Source of the DNA: Nitrospinales bacterium
GTDB taxonomy: Bacteria > Nitrospinota > Nitrospinia > Nitrospinales > VA-1
NCBI GenBank assembly: GCA_965223795.1
Contig: CBDCXL010000002.1
Span: forward strand, 544,001-608,000
Direction of reading: 5' to 3'
Length of the DNA: 64,000 nucleotides
Position numbers and translations under genes: made by a program. The notes beneath the pieces are model-generated. The model had not been told where the DNA came from and ran no database searches. It saw only the letters and a list, made by a program, of their open reading frames with translations. Positions 8,468 through 21,987 of the stretch are shown here, piece after piece. The first letter of the stretch is position 1. Every line of letters begins with the position of its first letter.

Positions 8468-8986
8468 TCACCGCCCCTCTCTTATCTCGATGTAGTAGTA
8501 GTTCGCCTCTTCCTTTTTGTTGGACACGACGCGGTAGGTGCCGATGCTCTTCGGCGGCAGCTGCACGCGCTTCCAGCCGCTCATGTCTTCGGCGGGCGTC
8601 TTGGCCTGGTCGAAAAACTGCGCCCGGCCCTCGACCTGCAGCGGGAAGTTGGTGTGGTTGCGCAGGATGGTCTGCACCTCCATCGTGCCGGTGGGCGTGC
8701 GGCGCACGTCCGCCTGCTCGACCGTCACCTTGTAGCGCGCCACCACGTTGCCGCCCGCGTTCTGCGCCTCCTGGGTGGTCGGCGCCACGCGGCGTCCTTC
8801 GCAGTAGGTCGCGCTGATCAGCTCGTTGTAGAGCGAGGTGTCGATGATGTTGATGCTGTTCATCTGCACGCCCGGCTCGACGGGTTTCTCCTCCAGAATG
8901 TTCACGCAGGGATCGGTGCTGGCGCAGCCGCCCAGAATCAGTCCCGCGAGTGCCATCCAGGCCACGGTTTTGGTCATTCGATTCAT
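8468..8986 (-). CDS. YcfL/DUF1425-family lipoprotein
   Basis: Lipobox LGGC; LRNHTNFPLQVEGRAQFFD...GWKRVQLPP pattern; same operon as the LpoB-like gene. Confidence 0.75.
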   Translation of the reverse strand: MNRMTKTVAWMALAGLILGGCASTDPCVNILEEKPVEPGVQMNSINIIDTSLYNELISATYCEGRRVAPTTQEAQNAGGNVVARYKVTVEQADVRRTPTGTMEVQTILRNHTNFPLQVEGRAQFFDQAKTPAEDMSGWKRVQLPPKSIGTYRVVSNKKEEANYYYIEIREGR

Positions 8987-10251
8987 AAGGAACCCTCCTC
9001 GGCGTTTCGTTGGGTTTGAGGCCGGCTCACCGGAGTCAACCGGGACCGCACCCAGGCAAATCCATAGCGATCGTTGATGTCGATGATCGTTTCGTTTCTT
9101 TCCAGCTTGGGAATCTTGTGGCCGTTGTCCTGCAGGAAGGAAACCCGCACGGCCCTGGTGTCCTGCTTGCGCGAATCGAAGGTGTAAAAATGCACGCGGT
9201 CGGGCAGGTTGTCCCAGTAGCGGGTGTCCGCGCGGGTGCGCGTGCGGTTGGCCACCGCCTGCTGGCCCATGCCAACCAGGCCGACGATGCCCGCGACGAT
9301 GGCGACGACGCCGGCGTCGTCGCCGAACCTCGGGGCCATCGCGATGGTGTTGAGCGAGATGTCGGTGAGCGCCCGGCCCATGGTTTCGTTGGTCTCCCTG
9401 AATTTCGCCTTGCCTTCGAGGATGCGGTCCACCTCGCGGCCGCCGCGCGTGCTGGCCTGCCAGTAGATGTCCTCGATGGGGTAGCCGTCGAACACCGAGC
9501 CGCCGATCTCAAACCGCGCTTTCTCGTCGGTGTGCCAGAAGCCGCGCTGGAACACCAGCTCGGACTGGCTGCGCCCGACGGCGACCTTGCGCGGCGAGCT
9601 GCCGGTCTCGGCGATCAGCAGCACGTTGTGACCCGGCTCGGGCGGCTTGAAATCCGGCCGCAGCTGCTTGACTTCGCGGAAGGCTTCCCCGGCCAGGTTC
9701 CTGTCGCCCAGCATCCAGGAGGCCCAGCCTTCCAGAAATACCAGCATGGCGAAATCGGCGCGGTAGATCTCCTCTTCCGCCATCGCGTCCTGCAGCAGCC
9801 CACCCTTGAAGGAGGCGCGCGCGTTCTCGAAATCGCCGCGGCGCATGTAGAGCAGCCCGCGGTAGTAGTAGGCCATGGCCCGCTCGTAGGGCTCGCCCTT
9901 GAACACCTTGCGCCCTTCCTCGTGCCACAGGCTGCGCGCCTTGGCCGCCTCGGCGTCGTTGGCGTACACCGCCTCGATGTTGAGCAGCGCGATGTCGAAG
10001 GATTCCTCGGCGAGCTTCCACTGCTTCAGCTCCATCGCGGCGAGGCCGATGCGCATGTGGTTGAGCACCAGGTTGCGGCGGCCTTCCATCAGCACGCGGC
10101 GGTACATCGGGTGCAGCTCGGCGGGCTTGTCCGCCAGGTACGCCCGCATCTCCGGCTCGGGAACGTGGATGATCTTGTAGTCCGGGCCGGACGCGCAGGC
10201 GGCGAGCAGCAGCCAGACCCAGGCCAGATGTATGCGCGCAAATCGGATCAA
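8983..10251 (-). CDS. COG3014-like TPR lipoprotein
   Basis: Lipobox LAAC; FKGEPYERAMAYYYRGLLY and ADTRYWDNLP motifs; 4-nt overlap with the downstream gene. Confidence 0.75.
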   Translation of the reverse strand: MIRFARIHLAWVWLLLAACASGPDYKIIHVPEPEMRAYLADKPAELHPMYRRVLMEGRRNLVLNHMRIGLAAMELKQWKLAEESFDIALLNIEAVYANDAEAAKARSLWHEEGRKVFKGEPYERAMAYYYRGLLYMRRGDFENARASFKGGLLQDAMAEEEIYRADFAMLVFLEGWASWMLGDRNLAGEAFREVKQLRPDFKPPEPGHNVLLIAETGSSPRKVAVGRSQSELVFQRGFWHTDEKARFEIGGSVFDGYPIEDIYWQASTRGGREVDRILEGKAKFRETNETMGRALTDISLNTIAMAPRFGDDAGVVAIVAGIVGLVGMGQQAVANRTRTRADTRYWDNLPDRVHFYTFDSRKQDTRAVRVSFLQDNGHKIPKLERNETIIDINDRYGFAWVRSRLTPVSRPQTQRNAEEGSL

Positions 10252-10277
10252 GGAAACACCTCAGCGATAATAACGGT

Positions 10278-10949
10278 TCAGCGGTAAATGATGTCGTCCT
10301 GGGCCGATTTCTTGAAATCGTAGATGCCGCTCCAGGAAATGCGGCCGGATTCCAGATCGATCATCTCGAAGATGATCTGGTGCGTCCGCGACGCGAGTCC
10401 CGTGGGCGTCACCGCGTCGATGGTGGTGATGCGGCCGCCGAGGCGGTAATCGCCGCCCAGCGTGGACTCGCGGTGCGCGATGGTCCCCGAGTCGACCACC
10501 GGCGCGCTGTCCTGCGTGCCGCTGCGCTTCAAGGCGCGCTCGCGCTCGACCATGTCGGAATAATGCCGTCCCACGAAGACCATGCGGCCCTGCGCCGCGC
10601 GGTTCAGTTCCACCCGGAGCCGGTCGGTGATGATGTTCTTGTTGATGCGGGTGGAGCCTTCGTTGCGGAAGTATTCCGAATCGATGATCACCCGCGGCGG
10701 CGTGTTGCGGCCGGAAAGCACCGGCGTGGCGAGCATGTCGCCGACCATCTGGTCGGTCATGCTTTTCACGTCCTGGGACTCGATGCCGATGCCCTGGACC
10801 CGTCCGGGCGAGTCGACGTCTTCATACACGGTGGGGCGTCCCGGAGCGCTCTCCGCACCCGGGCCCGGAACGTAAGGCGGCGGCGTGGAACAACCCGCCC
10901 AGATAAAGCCTTGAATCGCAATCAAAAAGAATCCTGCCGCTGGTCTCAT
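10278..10949 (-). CDS. lpoB: LpoB-like penicillin-binding protein activator lipoprotein
   Basis: Lipobox WAGC; SQDVKSMTDQMV, GDYRLGGRI, FEMIDLESGRISW motifs typical of the LpoB/CsgG-like fold. Confidence 0.7.
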   Translation of the reverse strand: MRPAAGFFLIAIQGFIWAGCSTPPPYVPGPGAESAPGRPTVYEDVDSPGRVQGIGIESQDVKSMTDQMVGDMLATPVLSGRNTPPRVIIDSEYFRNEGSTRINKNIITDRLRVELNRAAQGRMVFVGRHYSDMVERERALKRSGTQDSAPVVDSGTIAHRESTLGGDYRLGGRITTIDAVTPTGLASRTHQIIFEMIDLESGRISWSGIYDFKKSAQDDIIYR

Positions 10950-11061
10950 ATCCTTAGCCTCCAGGCTGTCCCGCAATGGTTATCGATGTTTCTATATCCC
11001 TGACCTTTCAATATCGGACAATTTCCCGGTCAACGCAATTCCATTCATTATAATCAATAAT

Positions 11062-11083
11062 ACATTCATATTTATATGAATGT
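11062..11083. promoter_or_regulatory. Perfect 10-2-10 inverted repeat, putative operator upstream of the lipoprotein operon
   Basis: ACATTCATAT-TT-ATATGAATGT next to a minus-strand TATAAT (11047-11052). Confidence 0.55.
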
Positions 11084-11174
11084 TTTAGCTGACCTCATTT
11101 TTTGCAATTTGTCAACGCCCCGCAGGCGACATTTCCGCAGAAGCGCCGGAAATTGCTCCGGACAGCAAGCGGAT

Positions 11175-14915
<3,741 letters not shown>

Positions 14916-14999
14916 GCGCGAATTATACGGGAACCCGGCGGCGCGGTGCCGCAAAAGGTGGAATCGGTCTACGGGAAGACGCAACGGGATCGGTGTGGA

Positions 15000-15026
15000 G
15001 TCATGCTTCGACAGGCTCAGCATGAC
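15000..15026. repeat. REP-like hairpin GTCATGCTTCGACAGGCTCAGCATGAC
   Basis: Exact second copy at 48974-49000; GTCATGCT/AGCATGAC stem. Confidence 0.8.
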
Positions 15027-15053
15027 CTATAAAGGTCTTACGGGATGCCTCGT

Positions 15054-16046
15054 TCAGGGACGCGCGCCGTTGAGGACGCTCAGGGTCATTCCTTCCTGGG
15101 CGAGCTGCATCTGCAGATTGGAATCGGGGGCGATGGGCTTCAAGTATTTCTCGGACTGGCGCAGGATGTCCACCAGTTTGAAGTCGCTGTAATTGGGTTC
15201 GTGGTGGTAGAAGACGATTTTCTTCACGTTGGCGTCCACCGCCAGATCGACGCCGATGAAGGTGGAGCTGTGCCCCCAGTCCGTCTTTTCGATGCTCTCG
15301 CCGAAGGTGTACATGGCATCGAAGATCAACAGGTCGGCATCGCGGAAAAACTCGACGTTGGGCTTGAGTTCCTCGGCGCTCAGGTTTTTGTATTCCGCGT
15401 CGGTGGCGTAGATGACCGATTTGCCCTTGTATTCCACCCGGTAGGAAAACGATTTGTCCGGATGACACATCTCTTTCCAGCTCACGCGGATGTCGTCGCC
15501 TATTTTGACTTCGTTGCCGACGGTCAGATCCGGAAAGTCCAGATCGGCGGCATAGGCGTCGAAGGGAACCGGGAAGTACTCGTGGAACTGCTGGCCTTCC
15601 AGACGCTCCTTGAGGTTGCCGAACGGGCAGTTGAAGGTGAAGTAATTTCCTTTGATGAACAACGGCGTGAAAAACGGCAGTCCCTGGATGTGGTCCCAGT
15701 GGGTGTGGGAAAAGAAAATATGCGCCGTCCCCTGCCCCTTGCCGAAATCCCCCTTCATCAGATCGAGCCCCAGTGTGCGGATGCCGGTGCCGGCATCGAA
15801 GATGAGGATTTCGCCGCCCACGTTCATCTGAACGCAGGAGGAGTTGCCGCCGAAGCAGCCGCGCACTTCCACAGGCAGTCCGCTGACGAAGCTCTGGATC
15901 GCGGCCGCGTCCTTGAGGTCTCCGGGCTGGGCCTGCTCGAGGGCGCGGGTCAGTTTTTCCTCGATCTGAATCGTGGTCGGAGGCGTCGGGATGGACCCGC
16001 GCACGCCGCGAAACGTCACTGAAAAATCGGAATTGTCGGATGCCAT
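15054..16046 (-). CDS. Metallo-beta-lactamase-fold hydrolase (RNase Z/phosphodiesterase-like)
   Basis: GVRGSIPTP, GGNSSC, SHTHWDHIQG, WGHS, YHHEP motifs. Confidence 0.88.
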   Translation of the reverse strand: MASDNSDFSVTFRGVRGSIPTPPTTIQIEEKLTRALEQAQPGDLKDAAAIQSFVSGLPVEVRGCFGGNSSCVQMNVGGEILIFDAGTGIRTLGLDLMKGDFGKGQGTAHIFFSHTHWDHIQGLPFFTPLFIKGNYFTFNCPFGNLKERLEGQQFHEYFPVPFDAYAADLDFPDLTVGNEVKIGDDIRVSWKEMCHPDKSFSYRVEYKGKSVIYATDAEYKNLSAEELKPNVEFFRDADLLIFDAMYTFGESIEKTDWGHSSTFIGVDLAVDANVKKIVFYHHEPNYSDFKLVDILRQSEKYLKPIAPDSNLQMQLAQEGMTLSVLNGARP

Positions 16047-16065
16047 AGCAGGGGTCTCGAAGCGG

Positions 16066-16923
16066 TCAGCCTTTCATGGAACTTTCGGTCTGTCTCAGGC
16101 CATCCAGAGGTTGTTCGATGATGGCGTCGAGCTGAGGCGGCGAAACATGAAGGATTTCGAAAACGACCGGATCGAGGGTTTCCTCTGTTGTGGGAATCAG
16201 TCCATGATCGAGGCCGTTCACGTTGGCGATCTTGTTTGAGATGTTCACCAGCTTGTGGATGTTGTGCCGGGAGCCGTCGTTTTTGAGCGGCATGTGGTGC
16301 TCCTTCGCGGCGCGAACGACGACCGGGGATACCGGCCATTGATGGTGGATGAACCGCGCGCCCAGTTCCGCGTGCCCGATGCCGAAGGCCTGCACTTCCA
16401 GCGCATCCAGATCGGGCGATCCGGGTTCCAGGGTATCGGTGAAGGCTTTGTATTCGTCCGGAATGAGAAAATCGAAAACCAGGATGCCGAGATCGTGCAT
16501 CAGCCCGCAGACGTAGCTTTCCTCACGCTCCTCTCCGGTCAACCCATAATGCTCGGCCAGACACTGAGACAGGCAGGCCACAGCCAGGGAATGTTTCCAG
16601 AAACGGATCTGATCGAAGGCCTTGGGCTTTTTGAACATGGAGGGCAGCTGCAGGGTGTAGGCCAGATCCAGAACCATTTTGATGCCCAGCCTCAGGATCG
16701 TGGTCTCGAGGTCCTTCGCCTGCTCCCGGCCGCCGCCGAACAGGACGCTGTTGGCCATTTTGATGAGCCGTCCCGACAGCACGGGCTCGGTTTCGATCAG
16801 CTCGGCGATGGCCTCGATGTCGCTTTCGGGGTCGTTGATGAGTTTTTCGAGCCTTAAAAGGATGTCCGGCAGCGGGGGAAGCTCCCCCTTTTCCTTGATC
16901 AGGCCCAGTATTTTTTCTCGCAT
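16066..16923 (-). CDS. HDOD-domain signalling protein
   Basis: LPPLP, ANS, FWKHSLAVA, GLMHDLG, HAELGA motifs. Confidence 0.88.
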   Translation of the reverse strand: MREKILGLIKEKGELPPLPDILLRLEKLINDPESDIEAIAELIETEPVLSGRLIKMANSVLFGGGREQAKDLETTILRLGIKMVLDLAYTLQLPSMFKKPKAFDQIRFWKHSLAVACLSQCLAEHYGLTGEEREESYVCGLMHDLGILVFDFLIPDEYKAFTDTLEPGSPDLDALEVQAFGIGHAELGARFIHHQWPVSPVVVRAAKEHHMPLKNDGSRHNIHKLVNISNKIANVNGLDHGLIPTTEETLDPVVFEILHVSPPQLDAIIEQPLDGLRQTESSMKG

Positions 16924-17088
16924 GCGCGCCCTTTGGCCGCACCCAGGCGGGTGCCCTTTTATATCAAATATACTGTAAATGTCTATTATACACCTAAGCC
17001 CTTTACAGTCAAACAGTTAAAAAAAAGAACGCTTGCGGTAAACGCTTCATGGCAAAGGGATTGGGGGTAAAAAACCCGTGATTTTTAT

Positions 17089-17117
17089 TGGACTTCCCCC
17101 CAATTTACGCCTAAAAT
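17089..17117 (+). promoter_or_regulatory. Putative sigma70 promoter for rlpA
   Basis: TGGACT-N17-TAAAAT. Confidence 0.4.
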
Positions 17118-17247
17118 ACACCCCCTAAATCACAGCAAAACAGCTCATAAAGCGCCATGCGGGACGGATCGGCGGATCACGGGGGCTTTCCTTAATACCC
17201 GTCGATTTAAGACCGTTTTCGGGATTCAAGACAGGATGGGGGAATCC

Positions 17248-18240
17248 ATGTCCAGAATCAGCACAAACAACGTCAAAATACCGACAGCTCTTCTGGGGAT
17301 CGCGGTCCTCGGCCTGAGCGCCGGCTGCGCCTCGCCCAAGCTCCACATCCACAAGCAGTGGCCTCCTCTCAAGGCGCAAACCGGCAATGCGGGCCTGACG
17401 ACGCCGCAAAAGGCCCCGGTCCGGCTGGCTTCCCTGTCTCCCGCACCGGTGCTGGCGAAACCGGCCCGCAAACCCGCTGCCGCAAAGCAGGCGCTTGAAA
17501 CGATCCCCCCCCGGCCGCCGCAGGCCGCGGTGAAACAAAAACGGATCGTCAAACCCACGACCCCCAAAAAGCACACGGCGAGAAAAAAAAGGGCAAAACA
17601 GTTTCCTTTAGGGAGCGCCCCTTACCGGGTTTTCGGCGTGAAGTATTTTCCCATGCAGAGCGCTCAGGGTTTCGATGAGGAAGGCATGGCGTCCTGGTAC
17701 GGCCCCAAGTTTCACGGCCGGCGCACGTCGAACCGGGAGGTGTACGACATGCACGGCATGACGGCCGCCCACAAAACCCTGCCTTTCAATACGTATGTGA
17801 AAGTTATCAACCTGGAAAACAACCTGAGCGTCACCGTGCGCATCAACGACCGCGGCCCGTTCGTCGGCGATCGGCTCATCGATCTCAGCTACGCGGCCGC
17901 TAAAAAACTGAAAATGTCGAAAAAAGGGCTCGCGCCCGTGCGCGTCATCGCCCTGTCCGAATCGGATCTTTCGCAGGACCATCCGCCTCTGCCCAAACCC
18001 CGCTACGCCGTGCAGGTTGCGGTGTTCAATGACCTGGAAAATGCCCACCAACTGAAACGCGAACTTGAAAACAAAAAGATCCAAGCCTATAGTGTAAAGG
18101 GGTCCCGCAAGGTACGCGTTCTGGCGGGCAAATATTCAGAGTTCAACCCGGCCTATCAGCTGCAGAAAAAAATCCGGCAAATGGGTTTTTCGGACGCCCT
18201 CATCGTGGTCAACCGTTCTCAAAGGCGCGCCGCCCCCTGA
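17248..18240 (+). CDS. rlpA: Septal ring lytic transglycosylase RlpA with C-terminal SPOR domain
   Basis: Lipobox SAGC; GMASWYG, TAAHKTLP, VRINDRGPF, IDLSYAAA; C-terminal YAVQVAVF. Confidence 0.92.
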   Translation: MSRISTNNVKIPTALLGIAVLGLSAGCASPKLHIHKQWPPLKAQTGNAGLTTPQKAPVRLASLSPAPVLAKPARKPAAAKQALETIPPRPPQAAVKQKRIVKPTTPKKHTARKKRAKQFPLGSAPYRVFGVKYFPMQSAQGFDEEGMASWYGPKFHGRRTSNREVYDMHGMTAAHKTLPFNTYVKVINLENNLSVTVRINDRGPFVGDRLIDLSYAAAKKLKMSKKGLAPVRVIALSESDLSQDHPPLPKPRYAVQVAVFNDLENAHQLKRELENKKIQAYSVKGSRKVRVLAGKYSEFNPAYQLQKKIRQMGFSDALIVVNRSQRRAAP

Positions 18241-18313
18241 AAAAAACAAACCGGATCGACTCTTTGTCCTCACACCAACCCGGAAACGCCGGAATTTGAC
18301 CGGAGACGAATGC

Positions 18314-18796
18314 ATGAGATTACCAATTCTGGAAAAACTGGAAAAAGAATTGGAAAACACCAAAACCGAACTGAAAGTCGAGATCCCGCAGGCGCTGAAG
18401 GTGGCCCGGGAGCACGGGGATCTCAGCGAAAACGCCGAGTACAAGGCCGCCAAGGAACGGCAGATGTTCCTGGAAAGCCGGATGTCGCAGCTGCAGAAAC
18501 GCATCAGCGACATCACCGCCCTCAACATCGACCGGCTGCCGAGAGACCGCTCCGGGCTGGGAAGCACGGTGCTGCTCAAGGATCTGGACTCGGGAACCGA
18601 AACCGAGTACCGCCTGGTGTTTCCTGAAGAGGTGAACCCGGAGGAAGGGAAAATTTCCACCGCCTCCCCGATCGGCCGGGCTCTGATGGGCAAGCAGGAA
18701 GGGGATGAAGTCACCATTCCCCTGCCGGAAGACCGAAAGGAATACGAGGTGCTGCGTGTCGTCACCATCCATGAAAACTCCGGAAATTCTTCCTGA
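18314..18796 (+). CDS. greA: Transcription elongation factor GreA/GreB
   Basis: AREHGDLSENAEY and ISTASPIGRALMGK. Confidence 0.9.
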   Translation: MRLPILEKLEKELENTKTELKVEIPQALKVAREHGDLSENAEYKAAKERQMFLESRMSQLQKRISDITALNIDRLPRDRSGLGSTVLLKDLDSGTETEYRLVFPEEVNPEEGKISTASPIGRALMGKQEGDEVTIPLPEDRKEYEVLRVVTIHENSGNSS

Positions 18797-18878
18797 AGCG
18801 GTCCGCGGACCGCGCAGCCCAGGCTTTGCGGATCCGCACATCCGGACCGCCTGAAACCAACCGAACCCGAAACCCGAA

Positions 18879-19511
18879 ATGGCCAGACCCCTCATATCGT
18901 TTGAAGAAATCGCGGAGCAGAGTCCCTATTTCCTGGACGTGGATTTCAAGCCCGACTGGGCGGCTTTGTTTGAAAACGACAATCCGCTGAAACTGGAAGT
19001 GGGATTCGGCAACGGCAAGTTCCTTCTGGAAATGGCGATCCGCGAACCGCAGTGCAATTTCATCGGGATGGATTTTTACCACAAGGGCATCCGCAAGGTG
19101 ATCACGCGCATCAACAAGCTCCACTTGGGCAACATTCGCATCGTGTACGGCGACGCGCGCGAAAAGGTGCCGCTGATGTTCGCGGAGCAGGAACTCGATA
19201 CGATCTACATCAATTTCCCCGATCCCTGGCCGAAAAAAAGGCATTACAAGCGGCGTCTCATCAAGCCGCCGTTCGTCGACACGCTGGCGAACACGCTGGC
19301 CGAAGGCGGCCATGTGCTGGTGGCGACGGACAGCGAACCCTACGCCATGGAAATCCTGGAATTTTTCGAAGAGCACCCGGCGCTCAAGAACAAGATCGGC
19401 CCCGGCGTCTTCAGGGGCAGCCGCGGAGACATCCCGCAGTCGAAATACGAACGGAACTTTCTCAATGCCGGAGAAAAAATCTACTACCTGGAATTCATTA
19501 AAAACGCCTGA
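18879..19511 (+). CDS. trmB: tRNA (guanine-N7)-methyltransferase
   Basis: LEVGFGNG, FPDPWPKKRHYKRRLI, ATD, SKYE motifs. Confidence 0.95.
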   Translation: MARPLISFEEIAEQSPYFLDVDFKPDWAALFENDNPLKLEVGFGNGKFLLEMAIREPQCNFIGMDFYHKGIRKVITRINKLHLGNIRIVYGDAREKVPLMFAEQELDTIYINFPDPWPKKRHYKRRLIKPPFVDTLANTLAEGGHVLVATDSEPYAMEILEFFEEHPALKNKIGPGVFRGSRGDIPQSKYERNFLNAGEKIYYLEFIKNA

Positions 19512-19570
19512 ACCGGCGAACTCCGCCGGACGGGCCCGCGTCCCGGTCCAACTCTAATTCGGAGGTGCAT

Positions 19571-21742
19571 TTGTCCCGCATACTGATCGTCGATGATGAA
19601 AAAAACATTGTCACTTCGCTCAAGGAAATTCTCACCGAAGAGGGATTCGAGGTCGCGGCCGCGGGAGACGGACTGGGTGCGCTGGAAATGATCCAGGCGG
19701 ACCCGCCGGATCTGGTGCTTCTGGATATCTGGCTGCCGGGGATGGACGGCATCGAGGTGCTGAAAACCGTCAAGACCTACCACCCGGAGATCGAGGTTCT
19801 CATCATGTCGGGCCACGGGACCATCGACACCGCCGTCAAGGCCACGAAGCTGGGTGCGCACGACTTCATCGAAAAGCCGTTCTCCCTCGATCATCTGACG
19901 CAATCGATCCACAACGTGTTCCAGAAAAAACACGCCACGAACGGAGTGGATGACGACAAGCGGGATTTGCCGCTGTGCTTTGAAATGATGGTGGAGGTGA
20001 AAAAAGCCGCTTTGCAGGCGGCCACCAACGACAACCCCATTCTGGTGCTGGGGGAAAAGGGCACGGGAAAGGAATTCATCGCGCACGCGATCCACAAACG
20101 CAGCCCCAACAGCGACCGGCCTTTCGTGCAGTTCAACTGCGCGCTGCGCGAACCGCAGGAAATCCAGTCGCACCTGTTCGCGGATCCGGCGGGCCAAAAA
20201 ACCGGAAAAGCGGCGGCGTTGGCCCGGGAAGCCGCGGGACGGGTTCTTTATCTCAGCAATATCGAATCGTTGAGCCCGAAACTGCAGAAGCAGCTTGCGG
20301 ACACACTCGAAAAAGGCAAACCCGGAGAGTTTTTGCCGGTGCGCCTGTTCGCCTCTTCTTCGAAGGATCTGCAATCGCTGGCGGCGCAGGGCAAGTTCAG
20401 CGCACCGCTGTTGAAGATCTTCGAGGCCGCGACGGTGCGCATCCCGCCGCTTCGGGAGTACACCGAAAACATCCCGGCCATGGTGCAGGACTATTTCGAG
20501 GAATGCGCCCAGAAAGGCAAGTTCCAGGCGCCGGTGCTCGAACCGGAAGCGCTGGAGGATCTGTGCCAGTATTCCTGGCCGGAAAACGTGAAGGAACTGC
20601 GCTCGGTGCTGGATCAAATCCTGGTTGTGGGCGTCCGGCGCGGGCGCATCCGCGCCCAGGACCTGCCGGCGGAAGTGCGGCGCCCGCGGCGGGAACCCGA
20701 CGCCGGAAACGCGGACGGTTTCGTGTCCTACCAGGAGGCGGAACAGATCTGGGAAAAAGGCTTCCTCATCCACCACCTGCGCAAGAACAACTGGGACCTG
20801 GAAAAGACCTGCCGGAGCCTGAAAACGGACGTGAGCGATTTTAAAGGGAAGATGAAGCGGCATGCGATCCGGCTTCCGGGCGACACCCCGGCCGGGCCCT
20901 CCCCTTCCCTGCAGCGGACCTTGAAACGCAGCGTGGTGCTGTGCGGCAGCGGCCTGCACTCCGGCATCAAAACCGGGCTTATCCTGCAGCCCCTGCCTCC
21001 GGGAAGCGGCATCATCTTCGGCGACATCTCCACCGGCCAGACCGTCCCGGCGCGGCTGGAAAACGTGCGGTCCACCGATTATTCCACCTGCCTGAAAAAG
21101 GGACTGGTTTCGGTGGCCACGATCGAGCACATCATGGCGGTGCTGCACATGTACCGGATCACCAACCTGCTGATCAAGATCGGCGATGAGGTCCCGGTGA
21201 TGGACGGCTCGGCGAAGGATTTCTGCGAGCTGATCGAAGACGGGGAATTCGAGGAGCAGGACGGGCTGTTCGAGGAGATCGTCATCGACGAAACCCTCTC
21301 TTTCGGGCCGGAAAAAGAAGGCGGGCCGTACATCTCGATCGAACCTTCCGACAAGTTCAAGGTGAGCTACCACATGGAATACCCAGAGCCGATCGGCAAG
21401 ATGGATTATACGTATGAGTTCAACGGCGAGGCGAGCTTCAAAGAGGAAATCGCTCCGGCGCGGACGTTCGGTTTCCTGCAGGACGTGGCGCAGCTGACGA
21501 AGATGGGGTTCGCCTCGGGCGGCAAGCTCGACAACTTCATCCTGCTCGGCGACGGCAAGGTCATCAACACGAAACTCCGGTTCGACAACGAGTTCGTGCG
21601 CCACAAGATTCTCGACATTCTGGGGGATTTCTACCTTCTCGGAAAACCGCTGCGCGGCCACATCAAGGCGCACAAATCCGGCCACACGCAGAACGTGGGC
21701 CTGCTGAACCAGATCCAGAGCCGGCTGGCCCAGCCCGCCTGA
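19571..21742 (+). CDS. lpxC: Fusion of an NtrX/NtrC-like response regulator (REC, degenerate AAA+, HTH) with UDP-3-O-acyl-GlcNAc deacetylase LpxC
   Basis: N-terminal ILIVDDE...LLDIWLPGMDG...FIEKPF; GEKGTGKE; WPENVKEL. From ~20912: QRTL, GLHSG, TIEH, EVPVMDGSA, APARTFGF, HKILDILGD, KSGH. TTG start follows GGAGGT (GTG 19565 possible). Confidence 0.92.
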   Translation: MSRILIVDDEKNIVTSLKEILTEEGFEVAAAGDGLGALEMIQADPPDLVLLDIWLPGMDGIEVLKTVKTYHPEIEVLIMSGHGTIDTAVKATKLGAHDFIEKPFSLDHLTQSIHNVFQKKHATNGVDDDKRDLPLCFEMMVEVKKAALQAATNDNPILVLGEKGTGKEFIAHAIHKRSPNSDRPFVQFNCALREPQEIQSHLFADPAGQKTGKAAALAREAAGRVLYLSNIESLSPKLQKQLADTLEKGKPGEFLPVRLFASSSKDLQSLAAQGKFSAPLLKIFEAATVRIPPLREYTENIPAMVQDYFEECAQKGKFQAPVLEPEALEDLCQYSWPENVKELRSVLDQILVVGVRRGRIRAQDLPAEVRRPRREPDAGNADGFVSYQEAEQIWEKGFLIHHLRKNNWDLEKTCRSLKTDVSDFKGKMKRHAIRLPGDTPAGPSPSLQRTLKRSVVLCGSGLHSGIKTGLILQPLPPGSGIIFGDISTGQTVPARLENVRSTDYSTCLKKGLVSVATIEHIMAVLHMYRITNLLIKIGDEVPVMDGSAKDFCELIEDGEFEEQDGLFEEIVIDETLSFGPEKEGGPYISIEPSDKFKVSYHMEYPEPIGKMDYTYEFNGEASFKEEIAPARTFGFLQDVAQLTKMGFASGGKLDNFILLGDGKVINTKLRFDNEFVRHKILDILGDFYLLGKPLRGHIKAHKSGHTQNVGLLNQIQSRLAQPA

Positions 21743-21987
21743 CCCCCCGGAGGGGTGGAACGCTCTTTTTTTCTTGTCGGGGAATTTGTCAGATCCGCCT
21801 GCCTGGGAGGATAGCGTTTGGCAGGCGGACCCAAAGAGGTGGAAATCAATTTCCAAGATCTAAGAGCGTTTCGAAGTCCGATTTATTCCCTTTGGAGCGG
21901 CGATTTTTTCACGGCCCGCGGCGCATTGATTCGCCCGGAGGAATGATGGTAAGCTCTAAAATTAAACCGCACTCGATGAACGGTTGA

